From a virus: 64,000 nucleotides of DNA. Below, in pieces: positions 8,947 to 18,179 of this stretch (positions are counted from its first letter, which is position 1; each line of letters begins with the position of its first letter). The stretch covers positions 1 to 64,000 of the IMG/VR virus record IMGVR_UViG_3300044648_000206; one strand, written 5' to 3'. The position numbers and the translations under genes are program-made. The notes under the pieces are model-generated. The model made no database searches. It was not told the DNA's origin and was given only the letters and a program-made list of their open reading frames with translations.

Positions 8947-9149
8947 CAGGTCCTCTCCAGAGGGAGCTTGCTGCGGGGTATGTAACCCATCGGCGCTCGA
9001 CGGGCCTGCATCTCGTAGAAGGCCTCGCCGACCATGCACACCTGGCGTCCGAGCGCCCAGACGTGGTGCAGGTCCTTCTGCCGGTGCTCCTCGAGACCGC
9101 CGGAGCCGCGCGGGCACGACAGGTACTGGTAGAAGTCAGTCCCAGCCAT
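8946..9149 (-). CDS. hypothetical protein
   Basis: Coupled ORF. Confidence 0.45.
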   Translation of the reverse strand: MAGTDFYQYLSCPRGSGGLEEHRQKDLHHVWALGRQVCMVGEAFYEMQARRAPMGYIPRSKLPLERT

Positions 9150-9421
9150 CAGATCTCCACGTAGACGGTTCGGCAGCCCACCGCCATCACCACGCCGGCC
9201 GAGGGCTCACGGTCGAAGCGCATCTTCTTGCGGGCCCGGTTCCCCGTGGTCGGCCGGGTCGCGGTGGCCATGTAGATGGCCGTCAGATGCGCGTCGACCT
9301 CCCCGCGGTCGGTGGCGATCACGTGGTAGGTGGTCGCGTCCACACGGGGAGGTCGACGAAGAGCTACATCGACCTCGATGTAGAAGGTCGCTTGCTCGTG
9401 CTGCACGGGGCCCACGTCCAT
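9149..9421 (-). CDS. hypothetical protein
   Basis: Coupled ORF. Confidence 0.5.
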   Translation of the reverse strand: MDVGPVQHEQATFYIEVDVALRRPPRVDATTYHVIATDRGEVDAHLTAIYMATATRPTTGNRARKKMRFDREPSAGVVMAVGCRTVYVEI

Positions 9422-9517
9422 CCGAAGAGCTCGCTCCAGTACACCCGCTGCTTGATCCCGGAGTACCGGCCGACCATCTTCGCGCAGTCCACCGCACTGG
9501 CCCAGGTGATTCCAGTG

Positions 9518-9709
9518 TCAAACCGCACGGAGCTCACGCCGCACCTCCACCGCCGGCTCGGTGATGTGGCTGGCGCCCTGGGCCCGGGTGGCCGAGCAGC
9601 GAACGCACTTGCGGTACCAGGGGCTGCCGTCCTCAGGATGGACGGTCTCCATGTAGTGCTGTCCCTCGATGCAAACCTGTGCCAGAGCAGTTGAGTCTGT
9701 GAAACGCAT
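9518..9709 (-). CDS. small Zn-ribbon protein
   Basis: CIEGQH...RKCVRC. Confidence 0.5.
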   Translation of the reverse strand: MRFTDSTALAQVCIEGQHYMETVHPEDGSPWYRKCVRCSATRAQGASHITEPAVEVRRELRAV

Positions 9710-10983
9710 CAGTCCAGGTCCTCTCGGTCACGCAGGTCGTCGGCCACCTCGCGCGAGATCTCGTGCAGCTGGCCGTCGTTCGGCAGGAAACGATTGAAGT
9801 ACCGCGCGCCAGAGTCGCCATGTCGATGCTTCTCGATCGAGTTGACCTGGCTGGTCTTGCTGTACTGGGTCATCGTGGTGAGCAGGTCCCCGTCCCGGCC
9901 CATGGCGTCCGAGCCGGCGAGGTTGCTGGCCTTGGGCGGGTACTTGGCAGTCTCGCCCTCACGGTTGACCTGCACCAGCACCATCATCCGCGTGTCTTTG
10001 GCGATGGTGATCTTCTTGAGCTCGCCAGAGAGCATGGCCAGGATGCGCCAGTCCTCCATCATCGACTTGCCGCTGGTGCTGGTCATCAGGTCGATGTAGT
10101 CGATGACGTTGAGGTCCACGTCACCGGCCCGGGCTGCGACGGTGGCCGGTGTGCAGGCCCCGTCCGAGGGGTCGAACAGGAACAGCTCGCCCGGCACCTC
10201 GTCGCGGATCTTGTTGACCAGCTTGCGGTAGGCGACCATGTCGAAGGTCCGGGTCCGCATCGCCCGGTGGTCCACCGGCAGGCCCAGCTTGGCGCCCAGG
10301 AGGACGTGCAGCCGGGTCAGGACCTGCTCGTGGGGCATCTCCAGGGACCAGTAGTTGACCCGGCGACCCTCCAGCAGGGCCGTGGCGGTCACCTCGAGCG
10401 CGCCCCAGCTCTTGCCCTTGCCGAGGCGGGCGGCGTGGAACCAGAGGTAGCCCTTGCCCATGCCCCCGGTGACGTGCTGGAGGGTCTTCCAGGGCAGCGT
10501 GATCGTGTCCGGGCGCTCGGCGTACCGAGTCAGGAAGCTCAGGTCCCACAGGGCGTTGGAGGGCGGCTTGACGCCCGCCAGCGGGGTGTAGTTGGCCAGC
10601 GCAATGGCGGCCTCGGAGTACTCCCCCTCCTGGATGTAGATCGTCGCCTCGCGCACCGCGGAACGCAGGTTCCGCTGGTCGGCGATCTGACGCACCTCGT
10701 CGGCCGCGAAGGCCGCGTCGGTGGTGTCGGAGAAGGGGAACTCAGGGAACTTGGACAGCAGCGCGTCCTGAGCCGGGCATCGCCCGTAGGTGGCTGCGTA
10801 GGAGAGCACCCAGCGGTACTCCGTCTGGAACCCGACGAACATCTCGGGTTCGATGCCGTGCTGCTGGCCCAGGCCAGCGTCGTGGCTGTTGATCAACGCA
10901 CTGATCAGCAGCGCCTCTGCAGTCTGCCGCACTCGGTTGCAGGCCCCCTCAACTCGGCGTTCCGTGGTTGGTGGGTGAACCAT
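9709..10983 (-). CDS. dnaB: DnaB-like replicative helicase
   Basis: ARLGKGKS Walker A, SLEM, VIDYIDL, QVNR, KHRHG. Confidence 0.92.
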   Translation of the reverse strand: MVHPPTTERRVEGACNRVRQTAEALLISALINSHDAGLGQQHGIEPEMFVGFQTEYRWVLSYAATYGRCPAQDALLSKFPEFPFSDTTDAAFAADEVRQIADQRNLRSAVREATIYIQEGEYSEAAIALANYTPLAGVKPPSNALWDLSFLTRYAERPDTITLPWKTLQHVTGGMGKGYLWFHAARLGKGKSWGALEVTATALLEGRRVNYWSLEMPHEQVLTRLHVLLGAKLGLPVDHRAMRTRTFDMVAYRKLVNKIRDEVPGELFLFDPSDGACTPATVAARAGDVDLNVIDYIDLMTSTSGKSMMEDWRILAMLSGELKKITIAKDTRMMVLVQVNREGETAKYPPKASNLAGSDAMGRDGDLLTTMTQYSKTSQVNSIEKHRHGDSGARYFNRFLPNDGQLHEISREVADDLRDREDLD

Positions 10984-11228
10984 GTCGGAGCAACGTGACC
11001 GAGAGCAAGCACCGGACGTGACAATGGTCCGAAGTGACTACGGGTGGCGGGACTTTAGCCCTGAGTAGGCTCGGCCTGAACCGGGGCAACATGGGAAAGG
11101 CCCGGCCAGATGGGGTGCGCTGGACGCCTGAGGCGTCTCACCATCTGGCCGGGCCCAATGCCTGGCTCTCCAGGTACCAACCACGGGAGCCGAGCTGACA
11201 TCCCCGGCAGGGATGCGGTGAGTATGTA

Positions 11229-11262
11229 CCACCCACAGCCTGTGGACAACCCTTGTGGACGA
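11229..11262. promoter_or_regulatory. DnaA-box cluster, putative replication origin
   Basis: TGTGGACAA at 11241-11249 (reverse complement TTGTCCACA), TGTGGACGA at 11254-11262, degenerate inverted box at 11229-11237. Confidence 0.55.
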
Positions 11263-11280
11263 GATTCTTCCGCGTCGGTG

Positions 11281-11312
11281 CTTGCAGCCGAACTACACCG
11301 GTGTAACTTCCT
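11281..11312 (+). promoter_or_regulatory. promoter with palindromic operator (class B)
   Basis: CTTGCA-N17-TAACTT containing TACACCGGTGTA. Confidence 0.6.
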
Positions 11313-11656
11313 CCCCCAGAGGTGCCCGGGTGTGTCCCCCGGGTGAGCCCCGACCCAGCTCGTTACCGGACGGCCGGCGAGTGATCAGCCCCTGAGGTCG
11401 GGGAAGTGAGCCCGCCGTTCCCCGGAGGTAGCGCCCGGGGAGTCGATGTAGCTTCGGAGCATCGGCGCAGACGTCGCAGCCCCCTGGATTGGTCGTAGAT
11501 CATCTGGGTAGGGCCGACGTCTGCCCGCTACAACTTCATCTGCTTCGCAGACTCGTTGGACTCGTAGATCAAACCCCTGCGATCTACTCGTAGACACCAG
11601 ACGAGCGTGGGTACTTCTATGCCCGCCGGTCATCTGCTATGTTCCGGCCCGTGCGC

Positions 11657-11685
11657 TTGACCTTGGTCAACTTTTCGCCTACAAT
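11657..11685 (+). promoter_or_regulatory. strong sigma70-type promoter (class A)
   Basis: TTGACC-N17-TACAAT; repeated at 18176. Confidence 0.85.
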
Positions 11686-11794
11686 GGACTCACGCGGGCA
11701 GAGCTATGTCCGCACACAGGTTGAGGAGCGCCCTCTACACGTCTTTCGGGACGAGTAGGGGGCGTTTCTCATGTCTGCAGGAAGGGACCGATTC

Positions 11795-12655
11795 ATGTCA
11801 GGAAAGCTCCCCAAGCTCCCCCAACTCCCTGTCACCACCTGGGAGTGGATCAGCCCGGCAATCGCTGCCGAGATGCTGACTCACAACACGATGAACCGAC
11901 CGATCATCGACTCGGCCGTCGCAGAGTGGGTCAGAGAGATGGAGAGTGGTAACTGGGTGCCCACGCACCAGGGCATCGCCTTCGACGTCTCCGGTGTGCT
12001 TCTGGACGGTCAGCACCGTCTCGCTGCCATCGTCAGGTCCGGCAGAACCGTGCTGATGCAGGTGACCAGGGGACTGCCGCCGGAGGTCATGCCCACCATC
12101 GACTCGGGGCGCAAGCGCACCTCCGGGCAGATTCTGGCAATGGCCGGCGTCAAGGACAGCAACCTCATCGCCGGCATCGTCAAGGTGGTGCTCTGCTACC
12201 GGGAGACGGTGCTGACCGGTGGCGACGTGCAGAACTTCACGGCGCTACTGGGGCGTAGCCGGACAGCCCGGGAGATTCAAGACGCCGCGGGCAAGATGGA
12301 GGGCATCGAGATCATCTCCACGCCGGCGCGCCGAATGAGTCGGGCCGCTGCTCTGCAGAGCCCGGCCGCTGTCGGCGCTGCGCTGTACCAGTGCTTCCTG
12401 GCAAACGCACTGACCACCGAGCAGTTCGTCGAAGGCATCGTCGAAGGATCTGAGCTCAGGTCCGGCGATGCTCGTCTGACCATGCGCAACCGCGCTCTGA
12501 GCGGCAACCTCGGGCAGAAGCGCGGCGGTAGCGCGACCCAGGCCTACTCGTTCGGCTTGGTGATGGGTGCGTGGCGCGCCTTCCACAGTGGCAAGTCCTG
12601 GCACAAGGCGCAGGTGCCGACGAACCTGTTGCAGATCGGACCGATCAACGTGTAA
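11795..12655 (+). CDS. ParB-like N-terminal domain protein
   Basis: NRPI...QGIAFD..G.LLDGQHRLAAI; alternative start 11771. Confidence 0.8.
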   Translation: MSGKLPKLPQLPVTTWEWISPAIAAEMLTHNTMNRPIIDSAVAEWVREMESGNWVPTHQGIAFDVSGVLLDGQHRLAAIVRSGRTVLMQVTRGLPPEVMPTIDSGRKRTSGQILAMAGVKDSNLIAGIVKVVLCYRETVLTGGDVQNFTALLGRSRTAREIQDAAGKMEGIEIISTPARRMSRAAALQSPAAVGAALYQCFLANALTTEQFVEGIVEGSELRSGDARLTMRNRALSGNLGQKRGGSATQAYSFGLVMGAWRAFHSGKSWHKAQVPTNLLQIGPINV

Positions 12656-12677
12656 CCAACCAGAAAGAGGGACCGCT

Positions 12678-13205
12678 ATGCAGGAGCAACAGGCACTACC
12701 CCGGGACGCCGATGGCACGCTCATCACGAGCGCCATCTTCGGCGAGGACTGGGTCGTCGAAGTCGAGTACAACACCGATCACGACGGGCGCGTGATCAAC
12801 CCCGAGCTGGAGGACTACCCGCGCACCGTGCACGGGGGCTTCTACAGCAAGGAAGAGGCCGACGAGTGGGCTGAGGGGTTCTGCCCGGACGACACCGACA
12901 TCAACGAGGTGCGCGTCATCCCCCTCAACCTCGTCCGTCCGCGACCGAGCAAGGGGACTGACATGATCTACGTCCTGCTGACCGACACGAACGACGGCAG
13001 CGCGCTCATTGCCTGCCCCACTCCGGAAGCAGCCGACAGCGTCGGCGCGGCCGCCATCCTGAACGACGGCGGCGTCAGCGCCTGGCTGGTCCCGGAATCA
13101 GCGGTGATCGACCACGAGAAGGTCACCGAGATCCTCAAGCAGGGAGGCCGCATCGGAGACATCGCGGCTGCCCGCCTACCAGAACAGGGGACAGCCCGTG
13201 ACTGA
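12678..13205 (+). CDS. hypothetical protein (possible fusion; internal RBS and ATG at 12963)
   Basis: AGAGGGA RBS; second in-frame AAGGGGACTGAC-ATG. Confidence 0.6.
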   Translation: MQEQQALPRDADGTLITSAIFGEDWVVEVEYNTDHDGRVINPELEDYPRTVHGGFYSKEEADEWAEGFCPDDTDINEVRVIPLNLVRPRPSKGTDMIYVLLTDTNDGSALIACPTPEAADSVGAAAILNDGGVSAWLVPESAVIDHEKVTEILKQGGRIGDIAAARLPEQGTARD

Positions 13206-13644
13206 CGAAGGACCCGTCAACCCCCTGCTGGCGCTGGCGCTGACCAGCAGCCGCGAGCTCGACGCGATGGTTGAGCTGCACGGCAATGCCGGCGCAGCGG
13301 TGTTCGCCCAGCTGCGGATGCACCTCGGTCAGCAGTTCACCGATGACCAGATCTGGGACTTCTTGACCGACACCGCCGAGATCGCTCTCAAGAAGATCGT
13401 CGAGGTACCGGAGAACGCCCCTCTGGAAGCCGTCCAGTCAGCCTGGATGATCGCCCTGCGGGCCACCCTGGCCATGACCGTGGTGACCGGCGCCAAGGCC
13501 GCCAGGGCTGGTCTGGCGGCCTCTGACGAGGTCCTGGCGCACAACATCGCCGAGGCGCTCGAGCGCAACAGCCCGGTCGCCTTGGTGCTGGGGGAGGCCG
13601 AGCGCAAGGTCATCCGCGAAGCCATCGCGGAGGCCCGGCCATGA
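13198..13644 (+). CDS. hypothetical protein
   Basis: Coupled ORF. Confidence 0.6.
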   Translation: MTDEGPVNPLLALALTSSRELDAMVELHGNAGAAVFAQLRMHLGQQFTDDQIWDFLTDTAEIALKKIVEVPENAPLEAVQSAWMIALRATLAMTVVTGAKAARAGLAASDEVLAHNIAEALERNSPVALVLGEAERKVIREAIAEARP

Positions 13645-13940
13645 CGATCTTCAACATCTGTCTGCGGGCCACCACGCTGTCCGCAATCAGCCTGTTCGTG
13701 GTGCTGCTGCTCGGCGGCTGCTCCAGCGGTCCCTCCGAGGCTGAGTGCGCGGAGGCCAAGGCGATCGCCGCCGAGTACATCACCAACGTCACCTCGCTGA
13801 TCGGCGAGGAGGGCGTGGACATAGAGAAGGTGGCCGACCAGCAGTACGACCTGGCGGCCTTGACGGTGAAGGGCTGGCCGGACTGCTTCGACGCCAAGGA
13901 CCGGCGCTGGGCCAACCGACAGCTGAGAGGGAGATCATGA
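13641..13940 (+). CDS. lipoprotein
   Basis: Lipobox LLGGC. Confidence 0.65.
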   Translation: MTIFNICLRATTLSAISLFVVLLLGGCSSGPSEAECAEAKAIAAEYITNVTSLIGEEGVDIEKVADQQYDLAALTVKGWPDCFDAKDRRWANRQLRGRS

Positions 13941-14233
13941 CCAAGCCCGGGTTCATGCGTCGTTGGGAGCTCGACGCGATGATGATGACTCCCCGCCAAC
14001 TGCACCGGGGGCAGACGAAGACCCTCTTCTGGATGTTCTTCTCTGCTCTCGGTGCTTTCACGTGCGCGCTCTACATCCAGCACTACGCCTGGTGGCCGGT
14101 CTTCGGGGCCTCCAGCATGGCGACCGTCATGCTGAGCAACTTCGTCCGGTTCATCGTGCTCGACAACGAGATGGAGCGCCGCAACAGGGTCTCCCACGTC
14201 CAGGCTGACGCGCGTCGGCCTGACCGCTGGTAG
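13937..14233 (+). CDS. membrane protein
   Basis: Two hydrophobic segments. Confidence 0.6.
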   Translation: MTKPGFMRRWELDAMMMTPRQLHRGQTKTLFWMFFSALGAFTCALYIQHYAWWPVFGASSMATVMLSNFVRFIVLDNEMERRNRVSHVQADARRPDRW

Positions 14234-14267
14234 ACCAACCCAACCCCAACAAGAAGGGACCGCTCAG

Positions 14268-14654
14268 ATGGAGGTCGAGAAGACCGGGGCACCGGCTCCG
14301 GCAGAGAAGAAGTCGTGGTGGGCTCGAGGCGTGGACAAGGTCGACATCACGCCCCAGGTCATCCGCGACGACGTCATGTTCACCACCGTCCGCTTCCGCG
14401 AGGGCTACAACCAGTCCGAGGTGGACGACTTCCTTGACCGCTGCGCCGACAAGATGGAGGCGGTCATGAACGAGAACAACGCGATGAAGGTGATGCTGCA
14501 CCGCCTGGGCATCAACGTGGAGCAGGCGATGCTGGGACTATCCCAGCCCGAGTCGCTCGCCGACCCGGCCGAGCTGCGCACCCTGGGCCGGCACGCCGCA
14601 CCCAGCCCCGCCGCCGAGGTGCCCAAGCTCACCCTGCCTGGGGACCAGTCATGA
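14268..14654 (+). CDS. DivIVA-domain protein
   Basis: ITPQVIRDDVMFTTVRFREGYNQSEVDDFLDR followed by coiled coil. Confidence 0.85.
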   Translation: MEVEKTGAPAPAEKKSWWARGVDKVDITPQVIRDDVMFTTVRFREGYNQSEVDDFLDRCADKMEAVMNENNAMKVMLHRLGINVEQAMLGLSQPESLADPAELRTLGRHAAPSPAAEVPKLTLPGDQS

Positions 14655-14953
14655 AGGCCTCGCAGGCTATGACGGGCGTCGAGGTCCTCGACCGGGCCTC
14701 TCTCCGGGTGCGGAACTGGAAGGTGGCCCGCACCATCGTTGGCTGGGCGGTGCTGCTGGTGCCGGCCGGGAGTTACCTCCTGGTCTGGCTGACCACCGGC
14801 TACAAGATCAGTTGGTACAACGTCGCGCTGGCGTGGGTCATGCTCTACACGACCTACGTCCTCGTCGACCTGGGGCTGCAGCGGGCGATCAAGAAGCACC
14901 CGCTGTACTACCTGGTGGCGCTCCGCCGGGAGTTCGGCGTAACCGACCAATGA
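14651..14953 (+). CDS. membrane protein
   Basis: Two TM segments. Confidence 0.6.
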   Translation: MKASQAMTGVEVLDRASLRVRNWKVARTIVGWAVLLVPAGSYLLVWLTTGYKISWYNVALAWVMLYTTYVLVDLGLQRAIKKHPLYYLVALRREFGVTDQ

Positions 14954-15216
14954 GGAGCGTCCTGGTCAGCGCGGAGCTGGCGCTGGTCTGCCCGTACTGC
15001 TCGGCGCAGAACACCATCGCCGAGGTGGAGCGGGCGCACCGCTACAACACCGTGCACGAGGCCGATCGGCGCCCGGACGGCTCACTGGCTGTCCAGGTGT
15101 CGATCGGCACCGCGGACTACTTCCGCCACCTCGAGCACATCTGCACCAAGTGCGGAGCCAAGGTCGGCTGGCCGCCCAGGGGCGAGAAGAACATCGAGAT
15201 CAACTACACGGAATGA
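14950..15216 (+). CDS. Zn-ribbon protein
   Basis: CPYC...CTKCG. Confidence 0.6.
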   Translation: MRSVLVSAELALVCPYCSAQNTIAEVERAHRYNTVHEADRRPDGSLAVQVSIGTADYFRHLEHICTKCGAKVGWPPRGEKNIEINYTE

Positions 15217-15225
15217 GGGACTGAC

Positions 15226-15867
15226 GTGACCCAAGCACTGACCACCCGCGAGATCCTCGAGCAGACGCTGAGCTACTTCCAGCCGGTCCGCTCGAACGTG
15301 ATACTCGAGGCCGGCGAGCGTCCGATCGTCGACGTGCCGTGGACCAAGAACACCTGGTTCGACGGCCCGGAGAAGGACGACGACGACGACGGCACTTGGT
15401 ACCCGGGCAAGGCCGAGGAGATCACCCAGGCCTGCTCGATGGGCGCCATGATCCTGGCCGCCCACCTGGAGCTGTCCTGGGCGTCGAGCACCCAGGAGGA
15501 GTGGCTGCACCTGTTCAAGAACGACCCCAACTTCGCCCGGGCCGTGGTACTGCTCAGCCTGGCGATCCGCAAGATCAACCCGGAGTGGGCGCCGATGTAC
15601 GACGACCTCGACGTGCCGACGTGGCAGGAGTGGACCTACAGCCTCGCCTACGGCTACAGCACGGCGACGTTCGCCGGCAAGAGCGTCCGGCTCGACCCGG
15701 AGGTCTACACGGCGCTCTACCAGCGGGTGCTGCATGACCTGCCGGCCGCCGCGTTCGCCAAGGACCTGGTGATCCGGTGGAACGACGACGACGACCGGAC
15801 CTTCCCCGAGGTCCACGAGATGTTCACCCACGCCATCAAGATGGCCATCGACGAGGAGGCCGCATGA
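15226..15867 (+). CDS. hypothetical protein (DUF6197-like)
   Basis: W...CSMGAM...RWNDDDDRTFPEV motif. Confidence 0.6.
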   Translation: MTQALTTREILEQTLSYFQPVRSNVILEAGERPIVDVPWTKNTWFDGPEKDDDDDGTWYPGKAEEITQACSMGAMILAAHLELSWASSTQEEWLHLFKNDPNFARAVVLLSLAIRKINPEWAPMYDDLDVPTWQEWTYSLAYGYSTATFAGKSVRLDPEVYTALYQRVLHDLPAAAFAKDLVIRWNDDDDRTFPEVHEMFTHAIKMAIDEEAA

Positions 15868-16199
15868 GGTCCACCAAGGAGATCGAGCAGGAGATCCTCC
15901 GACTGCAGAAGGAGCTGGAGGAGGCGCGCAACGCCCGGCCGGTCGAGCCGGACGCTGACCCGGCGGTGATCTTCTTTCAGAAGACGTTCTCCAAGAACGG
16001 CAGCCGGGTGAAGCAGGTCTACAGCTACACGGCGGTCAAGGGCGGGGACATGTGGTCGATCACCGGCAACAGCCCCGGCCGCAACCCCAACCCGAAGACC
16101 TGGGACGACCTGGTGGACTTCATCTGCCAGGGCGAGAAGGACACCCCGCAGGTGTGGCTCGCCAGCGAGCTCACGCCGCTCGACTTCGAGAAAGGGTAG
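15864..16199 (+). CDS. hypothetical protein
   Basis: GAGGAGG RBS; F.K.F...YSYTAVK..D.W.ITG...TWDDL. Confidence 0.65.
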   Translation: MRSTKEIEQEILRLQKELEEARNARPVEPDADPAVIFFQKTFSKNGSRVKQVYSYTAVKGGDMWSITGNSPGRNPNPKTWDDLVDFICQGEKDTPQVWLASELTPLDFEKG

Positions 16200-16206
16200 A
16201 TCGCAC

Positions 16207-16617
16207 GTGCCTCCAGCCCGACGCAAGCAGAAGAGCGGTCGCTCCGGCATCCCCAACGGAGCGACCCGAGACCGACAGGTCTCCAAGCAGTACCGCGAGC
16301 GCAAGCACAACGAGAGGCGCGCTGAGCGGCTGGAGGAGGTCCGTGACCAGCAGCGGCGGCTTGACGCGCGCATCCGCGCCGAGCAGGCTGCCGCTGCTGT
16401 CACGGAGAAGACGGAGGCCGCGCCGGTCGCCGTCGAGAAGCCCGACCCGCACCAGGCCGAGCTGGCCGAGCTGCGGCAGAACATGGAGAAGCGCGCCTTG
16501 TGGTCCCTCGGCGAGGCGCGCAACTTGATCAGACAGGGCTACTCACTCGAGGGCACTGTGCGCCGAACAGGCTGGAGCCCCGAGGATCTGGCCGATGTGG
16601 AGGTTGGTGTGTGGTGA
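16207..16617 (+). CDS. hypothetical protein with C-terminal HTH-like segment
   Basis: ARNLIRQGYSLEGTVRRTGW. Confidence 0.6.
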   Translation: MPPARRKQKSGRSGIPNGATRDRQVSKQYRERKHNERRAERLEEVRDQQRRLDARIRAEQAAAAVTEKTEAAPVAVEKPDPHQAELAELRQNMEKRALWSLGEARNLIRQGYSLEGTVRRTGWSPEDLADVEVGVW

Positions 16618-17159
16618 CGGCGCAAGCTGCCGATGGACCGGGACAATTTCACTCCATCCCCCCGGAGCAGACCTTCGGGTGGTGGAACGGCGTCGAAGAC
16701 GCCATGGACAACTTCGGACTGACGCATGAGAACGTGCTGAGCATCGTCCATGGGCCTGAGTCGATCCGCTGGGCCGAGCGTCCACCTGGTCACGACGAGT
16801 GGCCGACCGAGAAGCGCCAGCGGGGTGACGTGCAGGTGGTCATCACCTGGCCGCCCGGGGAGCGCCCGATCATCTGGGCGGTCTACGTGCTGTCCAAGCT
16901 GGACCCCGGGCGCAGTCACGCGACCGGATCGGTGGGCGGTGCCACCGGGGCATCGCAGAACCCGACCTCGGTCCGGGAGATCAAGCGCCGACTGGTCGCC
17001 CGAGGCTTCACGATCGAGCCCGGCGGCAAGGGCGACCGGGTGATGTGGCAGGGAGACTTCTTCTGGCTCCTGCACACCACCCCGGGCGAGTACCGTTCGG
17101 TGCCCAACGTCTGGTCGGCGATCAAGCGGAAGGCCATGACCCGAGGAGTGGAGTTGTAA
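16614..17159 (+). CDS. two-domain protein, DUF4258-like plus HicA-like
   Basis: AMDNFGLTHENVLSIVHGPE...RGDVQVV; VREIKRRLVARGFTIEPGGKG...HTTPGEYRS. Confidence 0.5.
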   Translation: MTAQAADGPGQFHSIPPEQTFGWWNGVEDAMDNFGLTHENVLSIVHGPESIRWAERPPGHDEWPTEKRQRGDVQVVITWPPGERPIIWAVYVLSKLDPGRSHATGSVGGATGASQNPTSVREIKRRLVARGFTIEPGGKGDRVMWQGDFFWLLHTTPGEYRSVPNVWSAIKRKAMTRGVEL

Positions 17160-17459
17160 GTGATCAGTTTCCAGGCGAAGGTCGAGTCCTCGCCCAGTCC
17201 GTTCTCTCGGCACTGCCGGGTGCACATCTACTCGATGGCGACGACGGGGTCGGCCTACCTGGGGACACTGCTGATGCCGGACGCCGAGGCCGAGGCGTTC
17301 GTCGAGTTCATCAACCAAGCGACTCTGGAAAGGACTGACATTGGCCGGGAGCAGCTACTACGACCTGCCACACGTGACGCCCCAGCTGCCGCCGAAGAAC
17401 CTGAGCGAACAGGAGTTCCGGGCCTGGGAGCGCCGGAGCGCACAGATCACGCTGGCTGA
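17160..17459 (+). CDS. hypothetical protein
   Basis: GGAG RBS; overlaps next ORF. Confidence 0.5.
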   Translation: MISFQAKVESSPSPFSRHCRVHIYSMATTGSAYLGTLLMPDAEAEAFVEFINQATLERTDIGREQLLRPATRDAPAAAEEPERTGVPGLGAPERTDHAG

Positions 17460-17625
17460 GCTGGCCGGCAGTCCCGGTGAGGTGGACCGGGAGGCCCTGC
17501 TCGAGACGCTGGAGGCGCTGGGCTTCATCGACACCCCGCCACCGACGCTGCCGGCCCACTGGAAGAAGAAGACCGGCGGCATCGCCCCGGACGCGCCACG
17601 CACCGCTCGGCGCGACCGGCCATAG
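17341..17625 (+). CDS. hypothetical protein
   Basis: GAAAGGA RBS, TTG start. Confidence 0.55.
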   Translation: MAGSSYYDLPHVTPQLPPKNLSEQEFRAWERRSAQITLAELAGSPGEVDREALLETLEALGFIDTPPPTLPAHWKKKTGGIAPDAPRTARRDRP

Positions 17626-17627
17626 AC

Positions 17628-17682
17628 GCAGGAGCCCCCGGGGTGGTGCTTAGCGGTCCCTCCCCCGGGGGCTTCTGCTTGT
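17628..17682 (+). terminator. probable intrinsic terminator
   Basis: GCAGGAGCCCCCGGGG/CCCCGGGGGCTTCTGC followed by TTGT. Confidence 0.55.
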
Positions 17683-17702
17683 CCGCAGAGAGGAGGTGAG
17701 AG

Positions 17703-18179
17703 ATGTGGGGTGACTACGGACCCCAGTACGACGTCACCGACAACGAGTACCTGGCCGAGATCAGCACGGTCTCCCGGGACATCGCCGAGGACGTCATGCT
17801 CGAGGAGTACGCGAAGCAGAACGTGATGCGGCGGTGGCTCTTCGACGTCATCACCGCCTGCGCTTGGGGCTACGAGCTGCATGAGGAGTGCGGCGGTCCT
17901 GGGCAGCCTGAGTGCCCGTTCTGCGTGCACTGGACCGGGCCGGTGGTCAAGGTCCGGGCCACCGCCCGGGCGGCCAAGCGGATGATCGCCGAGATCGCCG
18001 AGAGCGAGGATCTCGATCCCTTCGACGTCATCAACAACGAGGACCCGGAGGTGTTCGCGCGCCACGTCCTTGTCTCCCAGGCCTTGGTCGAGGAGCTGTC
18101 GGGGGCGGCCGCGGACTACGCCAAGGAGATCCAGCACAAGCGCACACTGTGGGCGAAGGAGCTCGAGGGGCTCGATTGA
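17703..18179 (+). CDS. hypothetical protein
   Basis: AGGAGGTGA RBS; HEEC...CPFC. Confidence 0.7.
   Translation: MWGDYGPQYDVTDNEYLAEISTVSRDIAEDVMLEEYAKQNVMRRWLFDVITACAWGYELHEECGGPGQPECPFCVHWTGPVVKVRATARAAKRMIAEIAESEDLDPFDVINNEDPEVFARHVLVSQALVEELSGAAADYAKEIQHKRTLWAKELEGLD

Noticed and set aside
11795-12655. ParB-like gene as evidence of a plasmid prophage
   Set aside because: No ParA, repressor or integrase in the window; ParB-like N-terminal domains are common in phages and lifestyle cannot be called from this segment
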